A stretch of 63,849 nt of DNA, the filler included, from an uncultured Methanosarcinales archaeon (lineage in GTDB: Archaea > Nanobdellota > Nanobdellia > Woesearchaeales > CAYXTQ01), in assembly GCA_964608065.1 (NCBI GenBank). It is 5 parts of 5 records of this genome, joined end to end, with 100 filler letters (N's around TTAATTAATTAA, not from the genome) between each part and the next. Parts side by side here need not be neighbours in the genome. Positions count along the whole stretch, not along the records: positions 14,614 to 28,941 come from CAZSMA010000035.1; positions 29,042 to 42,784 come from CAZSMA010000036.1; 3 more parts are not named here. One strand, 5' to 3'. The notes under the pieces were generated by a model that saw nothing but the letters and a program-made list of their open reading frames with translations, was not told the DNA's origin and did no database searches. The translations under genes were made by a program, and so were the position numbers. This document shows, piece after piece, positions 20,329 to 29,042 of the stretch (position 1 is its first letter; the number at the start of each line of letters is the position of its first letter).

Positions 20329-20919
20329 ATGAAAAAAAAAGGTTTAGAGCTTTCAATAAATTTTCTAATAGTCATTATATTAAGTATGGCGCTGTTGTTC
20401 ATGGGTGCGCTTTTTTTTAAGAATCTTCTTAGCGGCGCTAATAAAATAAAGGAGAATTATGATCAACAAACAGCAGAAGAGTTAGAGCTTTTATTAACAC
20501 AAGGTGAAAGGGTTGCAATACCTTATACAAGACAGGATGTGAGAAGAGGGGATACAGTTGTGTTTGGTCTGGGGATTTATAATGCTTTGGGAGAAAATTA
20601 TAATTTTAAAGTTGATGTCCAATGCAGTAGTGCTTTTGAAGGGACAGCTGAGATAATAGGTGCTTGTAATATATTCGATGAAGGTGGTATTGTATACAAC
20701 ACAATGGATCTTCCTATAAAAAATAATGACAGGCATACAATGCCAATAGCAATATATTTTTCTAATGATGCTGAATCTGCAACTTATGCTTTTAATGTTT
20801 GTGTCTGTTATAAAGATAGTACACCAGTTACCTGTCCAGAGTGTATAAGTGCAAATTTTCCAATACCTAGTGATATTTTATATGATTCTGTACATAAGAT
20901 GTATGCAACTGTTAAATAA
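20329..20919 (+). CDS. class III signal peptide (pilin-like) protein
   Basis: MKKKG|LELSINFLIVIILS: basic residues, Gly, then hydrophobic stretch. Confidence 0.75.
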   Translation: MKKKGLELSINFLIVIILSMALLFMGALFFKNLLSGANKIKENYDQQTAEELELLLTQGERVAIPYTRQDVRRGDTVVFGLGIYNALGENYNFKVDVQCSSAFEGTAEIIGACNIFDEGGIVYNTMDLPIKNNDRHTMPIAIYFSNDAESATYAFNVCVCYKDSTPVTCPECISANFPIPSDILYDSVHKMYATVK

Positions 20920-20924
20920 AATCT

Positions 20925-22616
20925 TTATTTATGTGTAAACCAGAAAATAAACTTATCTTTCTCTTTCTTGTCAAGACGGCAGAACGCCATTCTCTCAAAT
21001 TGTATAACAGAATCAACTTTTAGTTTTTTCACTGAATCTTCTGCTAAACCTTTTATAACTTTAGCATCAGGCATCAAGATTTCAACATCAACTAAGTCTT
21101 TGGAATAAGGAAGCCAGTGGATAATTGCTTCTCCTTTTTCCTTGTATTTCTCATGCTCTAAAGAATCAAACAAAAACTTATTCTTTTTCTTAACAAAATT
21201 CAAGCAATCCATTAATCTGTAAAGTTTGTTATCTTTAAATTCTTTATAATCTTTTTCAGTAATATAGAATTTGTCTTTTGTTTTAAAGTTTCTATAACCT
21301 TTTTTCTGGAATTCTGGATGTAATTTTAGTTTAATATTTTGTTCTGGAGCATTATCTATTGTGATTAATTTTGGTTTTTCTATAAAGAAATATCTTTCTG
21401 TTTTAGAATCTAAGATTCTTCTGTTTATAGTTGAGATTAAGCTCCAGTCAAGGTTAGTTTCTGATCTGCTTAAACCAACTTCCAGAGCTAATTCATAGAA
21501 TGCTTCTCTTACTATACCTCTCCTCTTTAAAGCTCTTAATGTGACTAATCTTGGATCATCCCAACCAATAACTTTTTTTTTCTCTATTAATTCTCTAATC
21601 TCTCTTCCTTTTGTTATTGCTCCTCTTATATTGAATCTTCCATACTGGATTATTGTCTGTTTTGGCAGATTGAATAAATCTTTAATATAGTCCTGAAGCT
21701 CTATCCTCATTGTTCCAAATTCTGAGCTTCTTAGAATATGGGTTATTCCAAGTGTGGAATCCTCAATTGCATTTTCAAAATCATACATAGGCCATACTGT
21801 GTATTTTGTTTTTTGTCTGTAATGTGGATGTGTGCAGATTCTCATAATAACAGGGTCCCTCATAGTGTAGTTTTTATGCTGCATGTCAATCTTTAATCTT
21901 AAAGAGCAATGACCATCTTTGTACTTCTTGTTTAGCATATTGTTCCATTCTTCTAAATTATTTTTGTTGTCTGTGTTCCTGCAGTTACATTCTGTTCCTT
22001 TAAACCTATGAGATTTCATTGCATCTCTGTCACAGAAACAGACATATGCTTTTCCTTGTTTGATAAGCTGTTCTGCCATTTCATAGAAGTTTGGTAAATC
22101 ATCAGATGCGAAAATTGTTTTGCTCGGCTTTATATCTAAGTAATCTAATACATCTTGGTTCATAGCATCAACATATTCCTGTGTAGAAGTTAAGGGATTA
22201 GTGTCTTCAAATCTTAAGATGCATTTTCCATTGTACTTTTTTGCGTAGAGGTAGTTTAATAAGAAACTTAAAGCATGGCCTATGTGATTATATTTGGATG
22301 GTTCTGGTGGGATTCTTGTGATAACTTTTCCTTTTACTGCGTTTTTTAGCTCTGGCAGCTCCTTTTTTTTTTGTTTTTCTTTTTTTTTTAGTAGTTCTGG
22401 AGCTAAATCTTTAAGTTTCTCTTTTTGTTGTTCAACACTTAATTTGCTTATTTCTTTTATAACTTTCAAAACTTCGTTACCAATTTCCTTAGCTTTTTCT
22501 CTTAATTCAGGGTTATCAGCAAAAATCTTACCCATGACAGCACCAGGATTAGCTTTACCATTGAACTGTACTGCATTCTGCAGAGCATACTTTAGGATGT
22601 TTTTTTTCAAGTCCAT
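20925..22616 (-). CDS. gltX: glutamate--tRNA ligase (archaeal)
   Basis: RIPPEPSKYNHIGH, RFEDTNP, GWDDPRL. Confidence 0.95.
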   Translation of the reverse strand: MDLKKNILKYALQNAVQFNGKANPGAVMGKIFADNPELREKAKEIGNEVLKVIKEISKLSVEQQKEKLKDLAPELLKKKEKQKKKELPELKNAVKGKVITRIPPEPSKYNHIGHALSFLLNYLYAKKYNGKCILRFEDTNPLTSTQEYVDAMNQDVLDYLDIKPSKTIFASDDLPNFYEMAEQLIKQGKAYVCFCDRDAMKSHRFKGTECNCRNTDNKNNLEEWNNMLNKKYKDGHCSLRLKIDMQHKNYTMRDPVIMRICTHPHYRQKTKYTVWPMYDFENAIEDSTLGITHILRSSEFGTMRIELQDYIKDLFNLPKQTIIQYGRFNIRGAITKGREIRELIEKKKVIGWDDPRLVTLRALKRRGIVREAFYELALEVGLSRSETNLDWSLISTINRRILDSKTERYFFIEKPKLITIDNAPEQNIKLKLHPEFQKKGYRNFKTKDKFYITEKDYKEFKDNKLYRLMDCLNFVKKKNKFLFDSLEHEKYKEKGEAIIHWLPYSKDLVDVEILMPDAKVIKGLAEDSVKKLKVDSVIQFERMAFCRLDKKEKDKFIFWFTHK

Positions 22617-22669
22617 TATTCTGAAATTAATTTATAGAAGTATTTAAAGTTTGTTATAAACCTAAATAA

Positions 22670-24706
22670 TCAGCTAGAATTAACATTCTTTATGGCTATT
22701 GTCCTTCCTACACTTCTAAATAAGTTATGCATGTCAGTCTGGTAATCAGGTTTGTCTTTGATCTTGCTTTTTAAGTAGTTCTTTACTTTTGCAAAATTCA
22801 GTTTTCCAAGAATTTGTGGTTTTTTTAAATGTGCTTCAAAGTATGCTTTTACTTCAACATCAAGGAATTGTTTTATTGAGGGTTTAGGTATGTTTCTTAG
22901 CTTTAGCATCCCTTCTTTCAGATAAGGTTCAATAAATTGTGACAAGGCTTCTAATCTTGTTCCTATGAATTCATAACCATTATCTAATTTCATCCTTATC
23001 TTTTCATACAATGATGATGGCTTTGGTTTTTCTATAATCTCGACACTTGCTATGTTTGATTCCTGAAGTTGTTTCCAGGAATATAATTGCCATGGTTCAT
23101 ACTTTTTATGATTTAATCTTTTTGCAATGTCTTTAGTTAAGCCTTTAAAATGTGTAAAGTTAGCACAGTTTGCAAGATAGGAACTAATTATACGCACATA
23201 TTTTATTGGTTTGGATGAAAATCTTTTAAATGCAATACTGTGTGCTTTAGGAAGGTATTTCAAGAAGGTTAATGCGTTTTCTCTTGTGAAAAGCCTAATA
23301 AGAAAATATGTTACAAATTGCAGGCTTTTCTTTAAAGAAACTCTCTTCATCATGAATGTAGGGTCATTTATTTCAAGTTCCCTCATAACTCTTTTAAAGA
23401 AAGCTTTTTCGTCATAGATTGCTTTTAAGATCTTTAAATAATCTTCTTCTGCTTCTTTAGCAGAGAAATTATAAGGGATAAAATTCATAGTTCCATCAGT
23501 ATTGTTTCCTGTGCATTCTTCCATGATCCTTTCTTCTTTTTTCAATCTCTTCCAGAGTTTTGTGTGATGTGCAGCAGTCAGAAGGCCAATCATAACTGTA
23601 GGGGCGTTTGTGGAATTGATGAAATTGATTAGTGATTCTGATGATTGTCTGGTGTCGTTGTCAAAACCATGAATCATACCTAAACTCACACCTGCTCCTG
23701 TTTCTTTTGAAATAAACCTTAAATTTTCTTTTATAGATCTCTCTGCACTTATATTCTGATATTTGCCTGTCTCTTGGAGTGATGCAATATTGTTTGTCTC
23801 AACCCCTATGAAATACCCTGTGAAGTTTGTTTTACGAAGCCAGTATCTTAGTTCTTTCATTACTGAATCATCTTCAGAAAGTCTCATAGTAAGTTCAGTA
23901 GATTTTGGAAAATGATATCCAATTTTTTTTTCTAGTTTATATATTTTTTTTAAGATTTCAATAGTTTGTTTTGGATTTCCTATAAAGTTGTCATCTACAA
24001 AAAATATTGAACCTCTGTAGCCAAGTTCATACATCTGTATTAGAGATGCCTCTGTATGTTCCCATGAAGCTATTCTTGGATTTCTTCCGAATCTTGTTGT
24101 TATATCACAAAATTCACAATCATGTGGACAGCCTCTGCTAATCTGAACAGCCATTGTAATATAGTTTTCCATGTTTATAGAAGAGAAGTCTGGCTGAAAA
24201 AATTTTTCAGGAGGTGTTATTTCTTTGCTTTTATAATATTTTCCGTATCTTTTGTCAGCAAGGTCTTTTAGAACCTTATCTATTACGAGTTCTGATTCGT
24301 TCTCTACAAGAATTTTTTTTTTTATACTTTTTCTTAAAGGAAATTTTTCATGAACAACAGTACCTCCTATAACTACAGGTATGTTTAGATCAGTAATAAT
24401 CTTAACATCTTCAATAAGTGCTTTTTCCTGTGCAATCATTCCTCCAATAAAAACATGGTCTGCATCTTTGATTAGTTTTTTTAAAGGTCTTTGATCAATG
24501 TTTCTGTCTATAAGAACCAGTTCTTCATAGTAAGGTTTTAAGTAATTGAACAGCCCCATTAACCCAAGAGGAGGGGATGCTCTTTTAGGAAGACCAAATT
24601 CTCCTTTTGGAACATAATTATTCAAAGTACGTTTAAAACTCCAAAAAGTGTTTCCATCAAAACGAGGATATATGAGAACTGCTTTTCTTGCTATTTTATT
24701 TGACAT
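22670..24706 (-). CDS. B12-binding radical SAM protein (DUF4070-like C-terminus)
   Basis: PPLGL B12-binding N-domain; SRGCPHDCEFC CxxxCxxC; FFVDDNFIGN. Confidence 0.88.
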   Translation of the reverse strand: MSNKIARKAVLIYPRFDGNTFWSFKRTLNNYVPKGEFGLPKRASPPLGLMGLFNYLKPYYEELVLIDRNIDQRPLKKLIKDADHVFIGGMIAQEKALIEDVKIITDLNIPVVIGGTVVHEKFPLRKSIKKKILVENESELVIDKVLKDLADKRYGKYYKSKEITPPEKFFQPDFSSINMENYITMAVQISRGCPHDCEFCDITTRFGRNPRIASWEHTEASLIQMYELGYRGSIFFVDDNFIGNPKQTIEILKKIYKLEKKIGYHFPKSTELTMRLSEDDSVMKELRYWLRKTNFTGYFIGVETNNIASLQETGKYQNISAERSIKENLRFISKETGAGVSLGMIHGFDNDTRQSSESLINFINSTNAPTVMIGLLTAAHHTKLWKRLKKEERIMEECTGNNTDGTMNFIPYNFSAKEAEEDYLKILKAIYDEKAFFKRVMRELEINDPTFMMKRVSLKKSLQFVTYFLIRLFTRENALTFLKYLPKAHSIAFKRFSSKPIKYVRIISSYLANCANFTHFKGLTKDIAKRLNHKKYEPWQLYSWKQLQESNIASVEIIEKPKPSSLYEKIRMKLDNGYEFIGTRLEALSQFIEPYLKEGMLKLRNIPKPSIKQFLDVEVKAYFEAHLKKPQILGKLNFAKVKNYLKSKIKDKPDYQTDMHNLFRSVGRTIAIKNVNSS

Positions 24707-24821
24707 TGGACTGATTAATAATATCTTGTATATTAATATTACCATTTACCGAAAAGTATATAAAGAAGTTTATCCTGAATATGAACACTACAAAAGACTA
24801 AAGGGGTTTTTTTTATTGAAT

Positions 24822-25037
24822 ATGGTTACAAGAAAAACTAGTATAATTCCGAAAGCAGCTGCTGCAAGAATTCTGGTTAAATCTGGAGCTAAAAGGGTTA
24901 GTGATAGTGCTGCTGCTACATTCTCTGAAGTGATTCAAACTATGGCAGAAGATATTGCTGAAAAAGCAAATAGGATTGCTATTCATTCTGGAAGAAAAAC
25001 TGTGCAGGATGGAGATGTTAAGTTAGCTGCAAAATAA
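24822..25037 (+). CDS. archaeal histone (HMf family)
   Basis: IPKAAAARILVKSGAKRVS...HSGRKTVQDGDVKLA; true start 24822. Confidence 0.93.
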   Translation: MVTRKTSIIPKAAAARILVKSGAKRVSDSAAATFSEVIQTMAEDIAEKANRIAIHSGRKTVQDGDVKLAAK

Positions 25038-25092
25038 AAGTTTTTGTTTCTTTTAGAAAATATTAAATATATGATTATTATCTTATTATATT

Positions 25093-25725
25093 ATGGCTTT
25101 TTTTTTTGATAAAATTGATAGAAAAAAAGGTAGGAAAATATTTTTAAGTACATTGGAGTTACCTAAAAAAGAGATAAAAATACTTTCAAGCTATGCTTTT
25201 ATAGATGATATAATAAAAGATCCAGACTTATTTCTAGAAAATTTAAAAGTTTTTGAACCTCAATTAATAGGGGTTTCACAGAGTACGATTGAAAAATTAA
25301 AAAAATATGCTGTGGATAGATTTAAAAAAAAAAAAGAGATAGAAGAAGTTAAACCTGCTGGCTTAAGAATGGAATATGTAGGACCAACAATTGAAGGCTG
25401 GAAAAAATTTATAGTTTATGAGGGTTCAAAAGAATTAGGTTCGGCTCATATAGATGAAATAAAGTTTATAAAAGACGGTAAATGGGTAACTGAAGGGGTA
25501 AATCTTTCATACATACAAGCTTCTGAAAAACACAAAGGATACGGAACAAAAATTGTTCAAGTAATGATTGATTATGTGAGAAGAAAAGGACTTAAATATG
25601 TAACTTTGGCAGCATTTGAACCAGAAAGTACAGCAATTGCAGAAAAATTAGGATTTGTAGAGTACGGCATTGTACGGGAGGGGGAACATAAAGGAAAACC
25701 AAGATATAGACTTGATTTACAATAG
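25093..25725 (+). CDS. GNAT-family acetyltransferase domain protein
   Basis: HKGYGTKIV acetyl-CoA motif; AEKLGF. Confidence 0.7.
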   Translation: MAFFFDKIDRKKGRKIFLSTLELPKKEIKILSSYAFIDDIIKDPDLFLENLKVFEPQLIGVSQSTIEKLKKYAVDRFKKKKEIEEVKPAGLRMEYVGPTIEGWKKFIVYEGSKELGSAHIDEIKFIKDGKWVTEGVNLSYIQASEKHKGYGTKIVQVMIDYVRRKGLKYVTLAAFEPESTAIAEKLGFVEYGIVREGEHKGKPRYRLDLQ

Positions 25726-25794
25726 CTTTATTTATATGCAAAGTAAAACTAGTAAAAATATTTATATATCATTACTAATTCTTTAATCTTTTAT

Positions 25795-25927
25795 GGGCAG
25801 GTAATTCAGTCTGGTGATTGGTTACGTTTGTAACTGGTCGGACAATAGAATGCCTGGTTGGCAATCAGGTTGCCCCGGGTTCAAATTTGAAGAAAGTTCA
25901 TCTTCGATGAAAGTCCCGGTCTGTCCA
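25795..25927 (+). tRNA. tRNA-Ala(GGC) with two non-canonical introns (D-loop ~25815-25845; T-loop 59/60, 25886-25913)
   Basis: Acceptor GGGCAGG/TCTGTCC-A with G3:U70; anticodon arm CCTGG-TTGGCAA-TCAGG; both introns fold into BHB-like motifs. Confidence 0.9.
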
Positions 25928-25932
25928 TTTAA

Positions 25933-26262
25933 TCATCTCATCAAAGCCCAATAATCTTTACTTAGTACATAAGTAACAGCAGTACCATCTATCTCCTCTG
26001 GTCCTCCCCTGATATATCCTGATTTCTTACCATACTTTGAACGTTCTTCTCCATCAGGATTTTTAACCTCTGCACCAGTCTTAAAAAAAAGTTTATTAGG
26101 AGGTTTAGAAACTAAAATGTCGATGCCTTCAATCAATTTTGTTTTTTTATCTTTCTTTGCTTTGTCATATAATACGACAAAAGCGTCACAAGCAGATGTG
26201 AATCTAAGACGGTTTTGGTTATGCATGTCCTTTACTTCTTCACCCGAAACATACGTTCTCAT
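25933..26262 (-). CDS. hypothetical protein
   Basis: 109-aa ORF with upstream TTTATAAA box. Confidence 0.55.
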   Translation of the reverse strand: MRTYVSGEEVKDMHNQNRLRFTSACDAFVVLYDKAKKDKKTKLIEGIDILVSKPPNKLFFKTGAEVKNPDGEERSKYGKKSGYIRGGPEEIDGTAVTYVLSKDYWALMR

Positions 26263-26360
26263 AATTGACCAAAATGCGTTTCCATTTATAAATATATAAC
26301 CTTATTAGTTATATTTATATAATAAATGTTTTTAACAAAATTAAATTGGAGGTGGTTAAT

Positions 26361-26516
26361 GTGAAGTGCGCGTTTGTGGATCGCGAATGTAGTAATGATT
26401 GTATTGCATTCAGACCAGAACAAGAGCTGAAATGCTTTATGATGCAGAAAGCTGACAGAACAACACAGCTTTTGAATTTCGTGGAAAAAAAGCTTGACAG
26501 ATTGCTGGAAAAGTGA
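26361..26516 (+). CDS. small 4-Cys protein (51 aa)
   Basis: GTG start after GGAGGTG SD; MKCAFVDRECSNDCIAFRPEQELKCF...; not in ORF track. Confidence 0.65.
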   Translation: MKCAFVDRECSNDCIAFRPEQELKCFMMQKADRTTQLLNFVEKKLDRLLEK

Positions 26517-26525
26517 GGTTAAGTT

Positions 26526-26910
26526 ATGAAGCAGAGCTTTGAAGAGTTAGTTAGGGTTATTGAAAAACTAAGAAGCAAAGATGGATGTCATTGGGATAAA
26601 GAGCAGACTATGGAAAGTCTGATGGAAAAGATTAAAGAAGAGGTTGGTGAACTGCAAGAAGCTTTAGATAAAAAAAACAAATGTCCAAGAAGAGATTGGA
26701 GATGTTTTATGGTGTTTGTTCCTGATGATTGAGATAGCTAAGGAACGGAAAGAGTTTAAAGTGAAAGATGTTTTAGACAGTATGAAAGAGAAAATAATAA
26801 GAAGGCATCCTCATGTTTTTGGTGACAAGAAAGCTGCAAATGCAGAGGAAGCTTTGAAATGTTTTTTAGAGGCTAAGGCAAAGGAGAAAACATCATTTAT
26901 GAAAAAATAA
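26526..26910 (+). pseudogene. mazG: MazG-family NTP pyrophosphohydrolase, frameshifted at an A8 run
   Basis: LRSKDGCHWDKEQT and EEVGE in one frame; EEIGD and RRHPHVFG in the next; shift at 26670-26677. Confidence 0.85.
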
Positions 26911-27291
26911 GTAATTCTTATCATTAGATGAATACATTCTTACTGTAATGCCCCTACAATCTATGCTTTTTTCCCCAAATGCCCCTTTATCTTCCATTAA
27001 GTTGTAAGCAATTTTAGAACTTACTGCAAAAGCAACTGTTTTTTTATTATCTAAGGCTTTTTGAATAAATCCATCAATATTGTCCTGATTTAAAACTTCA
27101 CTTAATAACTTCTCAATAATAATACTTTGTCCACTTAATGATTTATTTAACTTAAGTACATCTAATATATTATTTGAAAAATGATAGATTAATCCCGATC
27201 TGATAGAATACCTCAAGGCTCTCTCTGGAGAAGGGATATGAAAAGACAATATATAAGATATCTTGCCTGCAAATTCTTCCCAATGTGCCAT
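26893..27291 (-). CDS. hypothetical protein
   Basis: 132-aa ORF, no motif. Confidence 0.5.
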   Translation of the reverse strand: MAHWEEFAGKISYILSFHIPSPERALRYSIRSGLIYHFSNNILDVLKLNKSLSGQSIIIEKLLSEVLNQDNIDGFIQKALDNKKTVAFAVSSKIAYNLMEDKGAFGEKSIDCRGITVRMYSSNDKNYLFFHK

Positions 27292-27394
27292 TTAGTCTAA
27301 AATTCTATTTCAATATTTAAATATTACCATTTTAAAGTAACTATGACTTCAAATCAATAAAATATTTAAATCAATAATAAACCTAATATTAAAC

Positions 27395-27976
27395 ATGAAA
27401 ATCTCGCTTGTAACCCAAAACAAATACAAATTTCGGGAAGTTAAGGAGATATTAGCTAAATTCAACATTGAAGTTGAGCACATTAACATTGAAAAGCCAG
27501 AACAAGGTGCAACAATAGAGGAAATTGCAAAAAACGCAGCAGAAAAATTAGCAAAACAGCTAAATAAGACAATCATTGTTGAAGACACTGGTGTTTTCTT
27601 CCTTGCCTTTGACAATTTTCCAGGAACAAAGCCGAAAAAAGTTTTTGAAGATATTGGTTTTGAAGGGATATTAGACAAGTTAAAAGGAAAAAACAGAGAT
27701 GCTCAGTTTAAGACTGTTGCAGCTTACTGCGAGCCTGGCAAGGAAGCAATACTGTTTACAGGAGTTATAAACGGCACAATCTCAGAAGAAGTAAGAATGA
27801 AAGATAAAGATGTTTTGCCGTATGAGAAACTGTTTATTCCAGAAGGTTATGATAAAGTATGGGCTGAGATTCCTGAGATAAAACAAAAGATAAGCCATAG
27901 GGTTAAGGCTTTTGAAAAATTATGTAAATTTTTAAGAGGTACTGGAAAATCTGAGATTTTCGGTACCCCTTCGTAA
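27395..27976 (+). CDS. rdgB: Ham1/RdgB non-canonical purine NTP pyrophosphatase
   Basis: TQNKYK, VEDTG, FPG, KISHR. Confidence 0.92.
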   Translation: MKISLVTQNKYKFREVKEILAKFNIEVEHINIEKPEQGATIEEIAKNAAEKLAKQLNKTIIVEDTGVFFLAFDNFPGTKPKKVFEDIGFEGILDKLKGKNRDAQFKTVAAYCEPGKEAILFTGVINGTISEEVRMKDKDVLPYEKLFIPEGYDKVWAEIPEIKQKISHRVKAFEKLCKFLRGTGKSEIFGTPS

Positions 27977-27986
27977 ACTCAGGGGT
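27935..27986. repeat. short palindromic insert flanked by AGAGGT/AGGGGT
   Basis: GGTAC-TG-GAAAATC-TGA-GATTTTC-G-GTACC plus CCCCT...AGGGG. Confidence 0.5.
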
Positions 27987-27993
27987 GATTAAA

Positions 27994-28407
27994 ATGGAAG
28001 ATTGTATATTTTGTAAGATTCTAAAAGGAGAGATTCCTTGTAGTAAAGTTTATGAAAATAATAAAGTTCTGGCTTTTTTAGATATTGGGCCAGTTCATAA
28101 AGGACATACATTGGTTATTCCTAAAGAACACTATGAAACTATACTAGATATTCCTGAAGATTTGCTGAAAGAAGTTATAGCTGTTACAAAAAAAGTAAGC
28201 AAAGCTGTGAAACAAGGTGTAGAAGCAGATGGCATCTCTATTGGACAGAGTAATTTTAAAGCAGGTGGCCAGGTTGTTCCACATTTACATTTTCATATTA
28301 TGCCAAGATTTAGTGAAGATGGTTTGAAGTTCTGGCCTCAAGGCAAGTATGAAGAAGGAGAGATGGATAAATTTAGGGAAAAGATAGCAAAGTTTTTAAA
28401 AGAATAA
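27994..28407 (+). CDS. HIT-family nucleotide hydrolase
   Basis: CIFC N-terminus, GHTLVIPK, HLHFH triad. Confidence 0.93.
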   Translation: MEDCIFCKILKGEIPCSKVYENNKVLAFLDIGPVHKGHTLVIPKEHYETILDIPEDLLKEVIAVTKKVSKAVKQGVEADGISIGQSNFKAGGQVVPHLHFHIMPRFSEDGLKFWPQGKYEEGEMDKFREKIAKFLKE

Positions 28408-28426
28408 TAGTTTTTCTAAGCACTAA

Positions 28427-28567
28427 GGCGGTATAGCTTAATCTGGTTAGGGCGCAACAATTTTAATTGCGAGGCTCATATGTTTGAGCGATGAGGCTTA
28501 CGCCAATGATTAACTCAAAACCTACTGGGTTACGTTGAGATTCTGGGTTCAAATCCCGGTACCGCCA
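28427..28567 (+). tRNA. tRNA with CAT anticodon (probably elongator Met), two introns (30/31: 28459-28473; 37/38: 28481-28531)
   Basis: Acceptor GGCGGTA/TACCGCC-A; spliced arm CAACG-CTCATAA-CGTTG; T-arm CTGGG-TTCAAAT-CCCGG; BHB motifs. No initiator features; Ile2 not formally excluded. Confidence 0.85.
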
Positions 28568-28689
28568 TTCTTCTATTCCTTAAATACAAAGCTTTATAAA
28601 CGGTGCCTTGTTCTCTAGGTGATTAACATATAGGAGACTTGAAGTTGTTTCCTTTATGTAATATAGATATACGGAGGAATAAAACGAAA

Positions 28690-28851
28690 ATGGGAGATTT
28701 TAACAGAGGTCCAAGAGGAGATTTTGGACCTAGAGAAATGCATAAAGCAACTTGCTCTGAATGTGGTCAAGAATGTGAAGTACCATTCAAGCCTACAGAA
28801 GGTAAGCCTGTTTATTGCAGAGAATGTTATAGAAAAAAGAGAAGATTTTAA
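28690..28851 (+). CDS. CxxC-x17-CxxC zinc-ribbon protein
   Basis: REMHKATCSECGQECEVPFKP..KPVYCRECY; GGAGG SD. Confidence 0.9.
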   Translation: MGDFNRGPRGDFGPREMHKATCSECGQECEVPFKPTEGKPVYCRECYRKKRRF

Positions 28852-28890
28852 TTTCTTTTAACTATAGTATTTTTTCTAGATTTTTATTTT

Positions 28891-28941
<51 letters not shown>

Positions 28942-29041
28942 NNNNNNNNNNNNNNNNNNNNNNNNNNNNNNNNNNNNNNNNNNNNTTAATTAATTAANNN
29001 NNNNNNNNNNNNNNNNNNNNNNNNNNNNNNNNNNNNNNNNN
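28942..29041. other. artificial contig-joining linker
   Basis: N44-TTAATTAATTAA-N44. Confidence 0.98.
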
Positions 29042-29042
29042 C

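Noticed and set aside
24648..24821. Long N-terminal histone tail in the ORF track
   Set aside because: The extension overlaps the divergent radical SAM gene start and promoter; the real start is ATG 24822.
26670..26678. A_AAA_AAC as a programmed -1 frameshift in mazG
   Set aside because: Restoring the protein needs +1 (or -2), not -1.
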